This document shows positions 1-12,790 of a DNA stretch of 64,000 nucleotides, piece by piece. Made by a program: the position numbers and the translations under genes. Each line of letters starts with the position of its first letter. Within the stretch, counting starts at the first letter, position 1. Source of the stretch: Octopus sinensis (lineage: Eukaryota); the NCBI RefSeq assembly GCF_006345805.1, contig NC_042997.1, forward strand, positions 109,864,001 to 109,928,000, in the 5' to 3' direction. Under the pieces are notes generated by a model. It saw only the letters and a program-made list of their open reading frames with translations, was not told where the DNA came from and made no database searches.

Positions 1-5
1 CTCTT

Positions 6-40
<35 letters not shown>

Positions 41-574
41 CTCGCTCTCTTAGCACCACTCTGCTTACATGCATTTGTAAGAAATATATTATCATATAAT
101 GAATCGGAAAGAGCTAATTGGAATGAAAAACTGCCGTTTCTGTAGAATTGATTAACATATGAAAAGACCTTATCAAATCAGCATCTGCAGTCATCGCTTT
201 AGCTGGGAGATGGAGTTGTGTGTTCATTGACATTTATGGAGAGTAAATTGTACAATAACAACACCACTAACAACACCAGCATAACGACAATAAGACTACA
301 ACCATCGACCACAGCTCTAACAACAACAAAAACATCACCTCCGCCACCAACAGCGTCGTTGCCATCACTAACGACATCAATATCAACAACAGCGACAACA
401 CAAACTCCATCAGTAACACTTAAACATCACCAACAACAACAACACTACCCCCACCAGAACACCAGCACCGCCACCACCATCATTAGAACAACAACAACAA
501 CAACACTAGAAGCAGTAACCAAAACAGATAGCAAATCGATCGGGAGCGATTCTACTAAAACCATTCTGAAATAG

Positions 575-964
575 TAGTAGTAGTAGTAGTGGTGGTGGTG
601 GTGGTGGTGGCAGTTGTAGTAGTGGTGGTGGTGGTGGTGGTGGCAGTTGTAGTAGTGGTGGTGGTGGTGGTGGTGGCAGTTGTAGTAGTGATGGTGGTGG
701 TGGTGGTGGCAGTTGTAGTAGTGATGGTGGTGATGGTGGCAGTAGTAGTAGTGGTGGTGGTGATGGTGGCAGTAGTAGTAGTGGTGGTGGTGGTGGCAGT
801 AGTAGTGGTGGTGGTGGTGGTGGTGGTGGTGATGGCAGTAGTAGTAGTAGTAGTGGTGGTGGTGGTGGCAGTAGTAGTAGTAGTAGCAGTGGTGACTGTG
901 GTGGTTGTGGTGGTAGTAGTAGTTAGTGGTGATGGTGGTGGTGGTGGTGGTGGTGGTGGTGGTG

Positions 965-1000
<36 letters not shown>

Positions 1001-1003
1001 GTA
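575..1003. repeat. Compound (GTG)n/(GTA)n trinucleotide array with recurring GCAGTTGTAGTA interruption
   Basis: Seen directly; the poly-Val ORF 589-1020 is an artefact of it. Confidence 0.95.
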
Positions 1004-1922
1004 AAAGTATCTTAGTTTAAAAGCGAAGAACAAAATATTGATTTTCTTGTCTGTTTAGAATTACTCTCCCCTCCGCCATGTTGTCATCTGAAAATTGTGA
1101 CAAAGATATATATATATACACAGCTGGTTGGTATTGCTACAGTTGGCTGTGAAGCATGAAGACCAATGGCAGGATATTAGTGCTTGGTTGGATTGTAAGA
1201 ATTTGCCATAACAGACGGAAGCAAATTTCTCGTCACTATACATACAGACAGACATATTCTTTTTCGGGGTTTTTACATGGTATATTTCTTTATTTTCTCA
1301 CTTTGTCACAAGGTGATGCATTGTGGGAGACATTTCCTGGTTATATCATCCCAAGTACATAACTGGTACTATGCAGTTTTATAAGAATGAAAGACAAACT
1401 TGATCTCTGTAGTTTGTATGTGTATATAAATGTATGTGTGTGTATATGTGTGTATATATATTTATATGTATGTGTGTATGATGATAATGATGACTTTTTG
1501 TGTGCACAGTTTGTGACAGACTATGCCTTTATTTTGCTGGACTCAAATCTCATTTTCGGACCCATGAAAATCGAACATCCACCGATTATTTTGTCTACAT
1601 ACCTGTGCACACCTGTCAATGCAATGTATGCCAGAAGTTCTGCAATAAAATGTATGCCTGATGGTTTGCAAATCTAACGAAGGCCTCAAAAGACATTTTA
1701 AGATCCACAAAGATCAGAACCTATTTGCAGGTATTGGTGGTCCAAATCAGAGGTGCAATCTATGTGGGTATCTTTGCAGAACATTTTTCTGGTTTAGAAA
1801 GCCACATCAGACGCTATGATGGATCTAAGGTATAAGAGGGCGCCAGACTCTGCATAAGGAATAAACAACCACCATATGATGATGGTGGTCGCTTCAGCTT
1901 GGCAGATGATAGCCGTTCCATC

Positions 1923-1980
<58 letters not shown>

Positions 1981-2580
1981 ACCACCACCACCACCACCAC
2001 CACCCCAACACACAGCACAGTCACTCTATTGATGAGCCCTCAGATGACTTTTAAGACCAGCTGCCGACTGACAGGGTTTGAAACACAAGTGACAGGGATA
2101 TTATTCAAGTTTCTTCAACATCTTTGCCCTTTGGAATGTGATTCTGAAGGAATGTTTTTAGTGTAGTGAACTAGCATATGTCATTAAGTCCATATATTGT
2201 CTTACAAGTTTTGTGACACAAGACGTTGGAGGCAATTGGTGTTCAAGACTATTATCCACCTGGGCATTTCGATTTTCATATGACGTCATATGATTAACGT
2301 GTCCTGCTTTTCAGAACACGATCACACACACATATATAGTGATGTTGATGCAACCAGGAACAATAGAAATCAAGATATGACTATATGTATATTTATTATT
2401 AATATTTAGCAAAAGAGAGTGACTCAAGGTCCGTGAGTTCCGTGCGCTGGTACTTATCAAACTAGTGTGTGTGTGTGTGTGTGTGAGAAAGAGAGAGAGA
2501 GAGAGATTCGATCTCAATACGTTTTGCCTGTAACGCAGCAGACCCTACCTGTTCACCACCCTAATAATGATGATGTGTAC

Positions 2581-2777
2581 TATAAGACACAAGGCCTGAA
2601 ACTTGGGTGGGGAGGAGACTAAGTTGCTTTACATCGACACCCAATGTTTAACTGGCCCCTACTTTATCGATCCCAAAGGATGAAAGGCAGAATTTGAACT
2701 AAAAACACAAAGACAGATAAAATGCTGCGAAACATTTTGTCTGTCGTGCTTACGATTCTGTCAGCTTGTCGCTTTAT
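2581..2777 (-). mobile_element. tRNA-derived SINE family A, degenerate
   Basis: Reverse complement of the family A body (CCTTTCATCCTTT.GGG.TCGATAAA). Confidence 0.75.
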
Positions 2778-2778
2778 A

Positions 2779-2811
<33 letters not shown>

Positions 2812-2816
2812 TCCTT

Positions 2817-3030
2817 TCTACTAGAGGCACAAGGCCTCATATTGCGGGTGGGGGAGGGGGCTAGACGACTACATCGGCCTTAGTGTTTCACTGGTACTTC
2901 ATTTATCGACCCCGAAAGGATGACAGGCAAAGTCTATCGCGGCGGAATTTGAACTCAGAACGTAGCGACGAGCGAAATACCGCTAAGCATGTTTCCCGGT
3001 GTGCTATCGACTCCGCCAGCTCGCCGCCTT
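2817..3030 (-). mobile_element. tRNA-derived SINE family A
   Basis: Minus-strand head GGCGGCGAGCTGGCGGAGTCG (A box), GAGTTCAAATTCCGCC (B box) and shared body; ATA tail. Confidence 0.9.
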
Positions 3031-3039
3031 GATAATAGC

Positions 3040-3071
<32 letters not shown>

Positions 3072-3249
3072 CAACAACAACAATTTTTCTTTTTTTGTTT
3101 ATTATTGCTATATTTTAATTCTATTGTTTTAGGTATTTTTGTAAATTTATTTCATTTTCAAATTTAATCTTTATTTCCTTTTTGAATATAATTGTGTTCC
3201 ATTGTTTAAAGGCGAAGAAGATTCATTTTATCATTTGCTTGTATTTCAG

Positions 3250-3430
3250 GAAAATCTGCTTACATTGCAAGTGCCCCTACGAAATTCACGATCTGGGAGG
3301 TGTTACGGAGAAGGAAAAACATCCGGATAAAACTGTTCATAATGTGAAGCGAAATTCAACTTCCGACGATGATAGCGGCTGTCCGCTGGAGGAATTTACA
3401 TGGGTGCCGCCAGGACTGAAACCCGAGCAG
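3250..3430 (+). CDS. prickle: Internal coding exon of a Prickle-family planar cell polarity protein (Cys/His segment plus start of PET domain)
   Basis: Translates (R)[78 protein letters not shown] is the Prickle hallmark as I recall it. Acceptor ttgtatttcag ends at 3249 and donor gttagt starts at 3431 (phase 2 / phase 0), and the donor position after PEQ matches my recollection of vertebrate PRICKLE genes. Confidence 0.95.
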
Positions 3431-4431
3431 GTTAGTGAGAATCTTGTTCCCTTTCAACTTTCTTATATTTCCGTAAGAGTCTTCCGGATTGTGATTCTAA
3501 TGTTGTAACACTCTTATTAACATGATACCTGGTGTCTGGTGAGCGTTCATTCCTTTTGAAACGTATTTTCATAGCAAGCTTCTTCATACGAAGCATTCGT
3601 AATCATCTCAGCACGATGTATTTTTTAACATAACACTTTCTAACTGTATCAACTCCATTACTTTCCTCGCATTTCACCAACTTTGCCGCAAGAATTTCAT
3701 ACCTTTCGGTGCATTTAACCGAAATTCTCATTTGTTTTTTTTTTTTACTTTCGTTTCTTTTGTTACGTATCTTTTGTTTTTATATGTTTTGTGAGTTGTG
3801 TTCTAAAATCGTGGTAGAGACGTCGAGGATTTATTTTAATATCGCAATAAAAGAATTATAGCGTCTTTAATCACATGTCTCCAGCGGACCAATCACTGCC
3901 TCTACATGATTTTTCATAGCAACAATGAGAAGAGAGTGTTTGTAATTCGGTACAGAACAAATATTGGAAAGGCCATCTTCGCAAGAGCGTAACAAAGGAC
4001 TTTACTGATTTTACTAACACCCTTAACTCACATATGATACCATCGGCTTGATGGCTTCGTCGACATTGAATAAACACCCTTAATTCACATGGTGATACCA
4101 TCGACAGGAGAGTTTCTTCGAGTGAGTGGAATAATCACTATTAACTTACGTGTTTACGTCCCGAGGAGGACATGGACAACTATGTCGACCGTATTCAATA
4201 GCTTATTGTTCATTTCTGCTTTCTTCTCACACTAAATAGCTACATGTTTAAATTATGCCATGAAAGTTTATTCCCGTTTTTTTCATTTTTAGTTTTTGTT
4301 AAAAATAGTGAGGGAGAACCTTAGCGGTCACAAATTTTAGCTATTTATTTAAAAACCGTGAACAGACTTCAGTTTTAAACAACGAAGTTGTTGACACTGG
4401 AAAAATTATTCCAACAATATCATTTTGTATC

Positions 4432-4835
4432 AAGGCGGCGAGGTGACAGAAACGTTAGCACGCCGGGTGAAATGCGTAGCCGTATTTCGTCTGCCGTTAC
4501 GTTCTGAGTTCAAATTCCGCCGAGGTCCACTTTACCTTTCATCCTTTTGGGGTCGATAAATTAAGTACCAATTACGCACTGGGGTCGATATAGTCGACTT
4601 AATCCGTTTGATCGTCCTTGATTGTCCTCTCTGTGTTTAGCCCCTTGTGTGTAGTAAAGAAATAGGTATTTCGTCTGCCGTTACGTTCTGAGTTCAAATT
4701 CCGCCGACGTCGACTTTGTCTTTCATCCTTTCGGGGTCGATAAATTAAGTACAAGTTGCGTAGTGGGGTCAATCTAATCGACTGCCTCCCCCTCTCCCAA
4801 AATTTCGGACCTTGTGCCTAGAGTAGACAAAAATT
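4432..4835 (+). mobile_element. tRNA-derived SINE family A, long form with duplicated body module
   Basis: GGCGGCGAGGTGACAGAAACGTTAGC head; GTTCTGAGTTCAAATTCCGCCGA..TTTCATCCTTT.GGGGTCGATAAATTAAGTAC occurs twice. Confidence 0.92.
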
Positions 4836-5572
4836 ATCATTTTGTATAAAAACTGAGTGAAATGAAATGAAAATTTTATCTCAGTGAAACAGAGTTTAGT
4901 ATAATCTATTCTAAAGGACGCTGAAAAATCGCCATGATCTGTACTCTCACCCCAGTGATTTCGTCCGTCTCCGTAAGGGACATAATTTATCTCTTGCTGT
5001 CTCTGTTTGAAGAATTCTAAGCTTGTTGCTGTTGATGGTGCTATGTAACTTTGGTCATTCTTCATCAAACGGACTTCGGCATGAGAAAATAAATAAGGTT
5101 CTGTGTGGTCAATCAACAAAGACTTGCTAGAAAAGCACACACATAATCCCTCCAGATTACACCCTATTGGTTTCAAAACAAGAAAGGCACATTTAGACAA
5201 TATAGTCCAAGATATATTATGCTATTAATGGTCATACCTCTGACTAGGAGTCTACTTGGAAGATGTGGTTAAACAATGGCAACGGCGTTGATTTGACAAG
5301 ATATGAAGCAATGGCGAGTAAAATGAATTGAAGTGATCGTGAATATTCATTGAAGTCGTCCGTTCAATACAGATTAATAAACTATATCTAATCAATGTCA
5401 GTTTGTCATTTGTGTCATTGATCTTGACATTTTAAACACCTGCAACGAAATACACAAACTTCTTGCAATTACAGGGAAACCATAATTTCACTCAATTCTA
5501 TTTCAAAACCAACCATCAATTTACATTCTTCACCTTACCATCAAACATTGTCAATACAAAACAATTTCTCTC

Positions 5573-5635
<63 letters not shown>

Positions 5636-6164
5636 AGATGCACCACTTTGCCTAAAGGCAGAAGAACCTTTTTTTTAATGAGTGGTACGAAATCTACGTG
5701 AATCCTTGACATTAGATGATGTACGACAAACGATGTGTGTGTGTAGCGTTATGAATTCATCTCTATTGTTCTTCATCAGCATTCTCTCCTTTTCTCATCC
5801 ATCAATCTCTCTCTGACAGCTCCTTCAACTCAAAATCTTGCCATCGTTGGTTCTATCATTTTTCTTCTGAAATTCCGTTGCAACACAACCAATCGCAACC
5901 AATTATCTTAACTCCTATTTCTCGATTGACCTCAGATATTCCCACCTATCCTATCCCCCATTCTTCCCATCTTTCTCTCACACATTTTAAAAATCACCTC
6001 CAGTTTCGATTTATCTTTGGAACCTAGCGTTCGTTCCATTTCAACACCATACATATCAACACACACACATACATACATATACATACATACATACATACAT
6101 ACATACAATACATATAGATATACATATACATATATATATATACATATATATATATCATACTATA

Positions 6165-6264
6165 NNNNNNNNNNNNNNNNNNNNNNNNNNNNNNNNNNNN
6201 NNNNNNNNNNNNNNNNNNNNNNNNNNNNNNNNNNNNNNNNNNNNNNNNNNNNNNNNNNNNNNNN
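6165..6264. other. Assembly gap (100 N)
   Basis: Exactly 100 N following a TA/TACA microsatellite; typical placeholder for a gap of unknown size. Confidence 0.98.
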
Positions 6265-7020
6265 ATTGGAACTGGCGCGGGAGGGGCAGAAAGCACGTCA
6301 CCAACTCGATTTGCTAGGAATTATATCTACTCTACGGCCCTTAGCCGCCACCGCACCGCCATCATCATTCTCTCGTTGAAAGAACATCTATCTTTTTGTG
6401 TGTATAAGTATGTCTACTGGTTCACTGCCCACGCCATCTTTGTTTATCCCCTCGATTACACACACACACACAGACACAGGACACACGCGCATATGTATGT
6501 ACGTGTGTACGTTGCACACTTCTCTCTGCCGACATCAATAACACTTCAAAAGCTGGAGTAGAACTTATGAATTAGAGACAACAAATGTATTGTTTATAAC
6601 TTTCACAGCCAGAATCTTCCCCACAATCAACATGGCCGCTTTGTACAGAAATATTATTAAGTCATCATTCCTCCCACTCAGTCCCTCCCCTTCTCTCTCT
6701 GTCTCTGCCACTCATTTTTTCTTTTCATTGTTAAAGCCTCTTCTTTCTCTTTATCCTTGTTCCGTCTAGATCTGTCTGTCTGTCGGTCTTTCTGTCTGCC
6801 TGTCTGCAGGTCTGCAGCACCTCCTCCCTCGCCCTTCACCCATCCGTTTTGTTTTGTATCCACTTTCACTATCTTAATATGTATACATACACACGCACTC
6901 ACACACACACACACACACAGACGACCATCCATAGACGCATACATACAGACATATGCATGTAATACATATAGATGTATTTATGTATTTATGTAATGCGTTT
7001 GAATTATATAATATATTATA

Positions 7021-7071
<51 letters not shown>

Positions 7072-8385
7072 TGAGAGAGAGAGAGAGAGCGTAGTGCATA
7101 CTCACAGCTAAGTACTTGTGTGTGTGTGTGTGAACATTTATATGTATGTATGTATGCATGTTTGTGTGTATTTATGTATGCGTTTGTGTGTATGTGTGTA
7201 TTTATGTATATGAAGCTATGCGCGTGAGAGACAGAGGGAGAGTCGGAGACCCAGAGAGAGATGAATGCTTCCATATGCGCTTACATAGATTCTAAAATAA
7301 ACAAATAAATGCTTAAAGAAAGGAAAGGAAAAAAGAAGGGACAGACCAAAATAGTATAATCACATTTGAAGTATTTCAGATGTTCGTTTATACATACATC
7401 CCTCTGGAACGAACATTCTGGAAGAACTTTTTCCTTGCACAATAAATAACTTTTCTATGTATTACTCTGTGTATATGTGTGACTATTTGTATCTGTATGT
7501 GTGTGTACGTATTTCTGTGTATTTGTGTGTCTATTCTTATTTGTATATATGTGTGTATATGTTAGCAGTGTGTGTTGGCATTGATGATGAATGGTAAAAC
7601 TGTTGTTGTTACAAGTGGCAACCATTGAAATATTGCTAAAAATGACGTCCTTGTCAACCAATGTTCCACCATTTTGTTTTTCCTCACTTCTTCCTCAATC
7701 TTATAATTTTTATTTTTGTGTTTTTCTTGCCTTCCTTTCCCCCACTCCCCCCAGTTTCTCATTTTTTATAATCTTAAAAAATTTATTTACGAATGTTCTA
7801 TTTTTTTTTGTTCGTGTTCTTTAATCTGACTGCCATGCGTTGTTCTTGTTTCTGCTATTACCTTTTATAGGCATTTGTTTATCCCTCGATTACACACACA
7901 AACACATGACGAATTAACCAGAGTCAGAGTAAACAAAGAAAAAAAAAACAAAGACAAAATAAGAAATGTTAAAAGGCCAATAAATAAAATTATATAAGTT
8001 CGATATTTTTCTAGGTAAACTTTTTTCGCGTATTTATTCAGAAACCGTACGGATATGTACGTGTATAGCCTCGACATTCAGGATCTACAGCGAATTTTTC
8101 AGTCAATAATTGTGTGACCTTGACCTTTTTGTTCAATACAGTGACCAGCATGTATGACCTTCACATTCAGTAACTGCAGTGATATATTTATTATATAGCC
8201 TCGGCATTCTGCTGTCTGAAAAAGGTTCGGGAGCTTAATGATTCCTCTGATTAATATGTTAGGAAATTACCACCTACAACACCCCTTTAATAAATGTGAG
8301 TGTGTGTGTTTTGTGTGTGAGTGAGTAGAGAGAGAGAGAGGAGAGAGAGAAAGAATCATATTTAACACGCTCGAGCGCACTCGGA

Positions 8386-8477
8386 CGTGGGAAGCTTTTC
8401 CACTGCGGAAAATTCCCGAGAGAATTTCTCCTCTTAGACAACGTATGTGAAAACACATTAGGTTGTGAATGACGTCA
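8386..8477. promoter_or_regulatory. Candidate enhancer motif cluster
   Basis: CGTGGGAA (CSL/Su(H)) 8386, GGAAAATTCCC (kappaB-like) 8407 and TGACGTCA 8470 in a CpG-rich stretch. Confidence 0.3.
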
Positions 8478-9159
8478 CTGGACCACGGGAGTCATGCGCG
8501 TCAGCGTTCTTTCACGGCGTGAGTTATGAATTTTATCAGCCGGAAAAGGACGAACTGGGTCTTATATTATTAGAATATTATTAGAAGGCTAATGTGCGTA
8601 AAGATTTGTCAAACTAGAATTAAAGCAATGTATTCGCAAGAAGCAGCGTTGAATAAAATATAATCGTGTAACGTCACATTTAACACGGTTCGGCACACTC
8701 GGTTGTGGGCAAACCTTCAACTGACGACGAAAATTCTTCCCTTAGACGGGATGGTCACTACGCCATTCGTTCGTAGTGACCATCCCGCCCTTTATACACT
8801 GCGTCCCTCAGGCTACTTTTTACGATACTATTTTACCTTCTGTGAAAAAATTTTCAAGCTCGGGCTGCTTGGAGATGTAGCTACTATTTCTAGCATATTT
8901 AGTGACCACGTAGAGAGTAGTTCATTGGCAAGTAAACTGTGTCTTAATTTGATTTTACTGCTCGTTACATCATTCACATTGGCAGAGTTTCCTGAACAAA
9001 CACCTGAAGAAATTGCCATATTGAGAGCCAAAAAAAAAAAAAGAGAAAAATTTGTTCTCTATAACATTATTTTCTCTAGCAGAAACTTGTATTATCTCCC
9101 TTTATTATTCACACCTAGACAATTTAACTTGTCTTCTTAACTCTCACTTTTCCCCCATA

Positions 9160-9160
9160 G

Positions 9161-9214
<54 letters not shown>

Positions 9215-9312
9215 GTTATTATCTATATCATTATTTATGTTATTATTTATATTATTATTTATGTTATTATTTATATCATTATTATTATCATTATTATTAT
9301 TATCATTATTAC

Positions 9313-9355
<43 letters not shown>
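9160..9355. repeat. (ATT)n microsatellite
   Basis: Seen directly. Confidence 0.95.
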
Positions 9356-9356
<1 letters not shown>

Positions 9357-9775
9357 CACTTCACCTGGAAGAAGAATATCGACTCTGTTACTTGTCCAGA
9401 TTATTTTTTTGTTGCCTTTTCCCCTTTCTTTGTCTTTCACAATTTTTTTTTTCAATATTTTCTTCTCTTTTTTTTCTTCTTTTCTTTCCTCGGCAAATAT
9501 TTTCACTTTATTGCCATAACTCTTGTCAAACGAAGCGAAAAACGAAATTCTAGTTTCGGAATACACAGCATCAGTTGTTATTGGCGGCATACATTGACTT
9601 CCTTCCATAGAAATTACATGACTTACACATTTGTAGCCATTATCCTACTTAACAACGACAACACCGAAGCTGTATGATTGGTAATAATACTTCGTTGTAC
9701 GGTTGGGAAATCTGTGATTTTTATAGGAGGAAATTTAGGAGGTCGAGGCATTCATGCGTTTCTTAATCATAGATG

Positions 9776-9945
9776 CGAGCGTGGCTGTGTGGTTAACAAG
9801 TTTGCTTCTCAACTAAATGGTTCCGGGTTCAGTCCCACTACCTGGCACATTGGGCAAATGTCTTTTACTCTCTTCTCGGGCTGACCAAACCCTTGTGTGT
9901 GGATTTGGTAGACGGAAAGCGAAAGAAACCCGTCGTACACACATA
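9776..9945 (+). mobile_element. tRNA-derived SINE family B, 5' half
   Basis: A box TGGCTGTGTGG, B box GGTTCAGTCCC, then TTGGGCAAATGTCTT..GGATTTGGTAGACGGAAA. Confidence 0.88.
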
Positions 9946-10081
9946 CACATATGGGTGGATGGGTGCGCGCGCGCGCGTGGCGCGTGTCTAAAATATATAT
10001 AGGAAGAATTTACGAAAAAAACAAAAGACGAAGGAAGGTGATGTAGAAAACAAACAGATGTATTAGTATAATACAAAAAGT

Positions 10082-10117
10082 CTTTTACGTTTCGAGCCTA
10101 CTCTCTTCTACAGAAAG
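10082..10117 (-). ncRNA. Degenerate hammerhead motif
   Basis: Minus strand: CTTT CTGTAGA A GAGA GTAG GCTC GAA ACGT A AAAG. Stem I CTTT/AAAG; A6>U in the core. Confidence 0.4.
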
Positions 10118-10491
10118 GGACACAGAAAAAAACAAGGAGAGAAAACAATGTGTGTAGTGACTACGTTGGCCAAAAGTCGACAGTAAAAGAAAATTTTTAC
10201 TCGACAGTAAAAGAAAATTCCATAAATACTATCTGTAATTCTGTATTGACTCAAATAGAAAAATGTGTCGCTCAAAAACGACTTCAGTTTAAACAACTTT
10301 CTTGATGTTTCGTATTTAGATGCTTTTATCAAATTCATTCAGTTGTTAAGCATAAATAGATCTTGGAATTAAATGGTTTTGATTTACTGTCAGGTGACTT
10401 TTGGCCAACCTTGTATATATATATATATATATATATGATTGATTGATTGATTCTAGTTTCAGCTCATGAGCTGTGGCCATGCTGGGGAACC

Positions 10492-10552
<61 letters not shown>

Positions 10553-10560
10553 TGTATAAA

Positions 10561-10751
10561 CAGGGTGCGAGGGGTATTTGAGGACAGTTTTGGTATACAA
10601 TAAAACGACTATGTTTCAGCATAAATAAATATGTATTTGAATAAACACGTGGGCAATTAGTCTTGATAATGATGTTTTAAGCAAATCATTCTATGAAACC
10701 GCCTTCGGCTTCGGTAACTGCTTTAATGCGGGACCGAAACCGCTGGCATTC
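10561..10751 (-). mobile_element. 3' terminal fragment of a Tc1/mariner-superfamily transposon
   Basis: Minus strand 10751-10686 translates ECQRFRSRIKAVTEAEGGFIE*, a typical Tc1/mariner C-terminus. A CAGGGTG TIR-like end sits at 10561. Confidence 0.7.
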
Positions 10752-11416
10752 TGACAGTGGGACTGAACCCACAACCATGTGGTTGGGAAGCAAGCTTCTT
10801 ACCATACAGCCACTCCTGTGTCAATCTTTAAAAAATTTTTTTTTTCCTTTTGCCTTTTATACACATTGCGTGCGTGTGTTGGCGCTCGCGTGCTCGTGTC
10901 TCTCTTTTCGCGTTTAAGATATCTTCCTGTTTGTTAAATCACGCTGGAGATGTCTGACCTGCAGTAGAGGGACGGTGTCCCTGCGGGATAGTTAAACACC
11001 ACCTTCGTTCATTTTAATACTCTTACGTCAACATATTCTTTGAAGATCGATTGAGTAGGGACAGAAAATGGTTACGTTTCGTTCTATTGATCTGTCGTCC
11101 TTTCAAGCCGTTATTTGTTTTCGTCCAGCGAGACTTTAAAAGTCTTCAGGAAACCACCCACTGCTGTCTGTTAAGGCTGCATATTCCTTCACGCAGCTCA
11201 TTATTTACAGGGACATAATTAGAGAGAAATAGAGATGATTACCTACGGCTTTACTCTATACAGATAAGCAGAATATTATGTACAATACCTTACATGTCGC
11301 AGAAATATATTTGTTAATACATCTTTATATGTTGTCAGGTTATATAAATGTTATGTGTGTGTATACGTACGTGTCTGTGTATATATAGTACGTGTCTTAT
11401 GTATAGATATATAATA

Positions 11417-11469
<53 letters not shown>

Positions 11470-11778
11470 ATATACACATGTTTTATAATGTATGTGTGTG
11501 TATATGTATATATGTACGTGTGTGTGTATATATATGTGTGTGTCTGTGTGTATATTTATGTATATATGTACGTGTGTGTGTATATATATGTGTGTGTCTG
11601 TGTATATTTATGTATTTATGTGTGTGTGTATAGATATGCATGTATATGAATCTGTGTATGTGTGTATATATTTATATGTATGTATCTGTGTGTATCCTCC
11701 GCATCTCTCTTCAGTTTGTTTTGAAGTTATCGAATTGCTTACGTAATATTCTATGCGTGCATATACATGGATGTGTCC

Positions 11779-11816
<38 letters not shown>

Positions 11817-12257
11817 GGTAGAATGCGAGAGAAGAAGAGTGAGGGAGGCTCGTTAAATATGGAGAATGGTAATTTGTTGTTGTTTGTCTTGTCATGTTGT
11901 ACAACTGATCAGCTGATCAGAAAGCTACCATTACAGATGCAGTTGGTGCTGCGGGGACGGGTGGTGGAGGTGCTGCTGTCGGTGCTGCTGCAATAAACAT
12001 TGTCTTCATAATATTCAAGGAATCACGGTTTCCCAAAAAGATCTCCTGATCATTGTCAACATGACGTCATAGTTGTCGTGACGTCACCAGTCGGTTTTAT
12101 AGTAAACGATTGTGTCATGGGCAGTTCCCAAATAAAATGACATCATACTCATCATTATCACCACCATCATCATCACCACCACCACCATCATCACCACCAC
12201 CACCACCATTACCATCATCATCGTGTTATATATATTTTTGCCTTTTATCTTTTTTTC

Positions 12258-12585
12258 CTGTTTCACTCATTAGACTACGGCCATGCTGGAGTACCGAATT
12301 GAACGAATTGAACCTCAATTATTTTATAGATCACTTTTGCCGAGCCACTGTTACGGGGACGTAAACACACCAACACCGGTTCTCAAGCGGTGGTGCGGGA
12401 CAAAGACATGCACATGTGTGTGTGTGTATAAATTATATACTACAATAAGTTTCTATATAGAGTTACCTAAGGTTTTGCACCCACAAAACCAAAGCCTTGT
12501 GGACAGCTCGTCAGACTCTATATGAATACAAAACTTTGAAATATCTACGCCGCAGACGTGAAGAAACGCTCAGAACTCGAGGAAT

Positions 12586-12621
<36 letters not shown>

Positions 12622-12790
12622 CTGTGTCTGTATGAGTGGTTGGCTTCTTCCATTTTCCGTCTATGAAATCCACTCACAAGGCTTTGGTCGGCCCGTGGAT
12701 ATAGTAAAAGTCACTTGAAAAGGGCCACGCAGTGGAACTGAACCCCGACTACTGTGACTGGAAAGCCGGCTTCTTACCACACAGCCACAA
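12258..12790 (-). mobile_element. SINE family B, full length with internal insertion
   Basis: Tail (CGGCCATGCTGGAG; GTTACGGGGACGTAAACACACC) at 12258-12430; head at 12610-12790. Confidence 0.82.

Noticed and set aside
218-1020. Thr-rich (218-574) and poly-Val (589-1020) ORFs
   Set aside because: Translations of CAA/CAC and GTG/GTA trinucleotide arrays, with no splice signals or domain.
4016-4103. Repeat-spacer-repeat resembling CRISPR
   Set aside because: Only two imperfect repeats, eukaryotic context and no cas genes.
8703-9140. 145-aa ORF
   Set aside because: No recognisable domain, no convincing splice sites, and it runs into a poly-A and microsatellite region.
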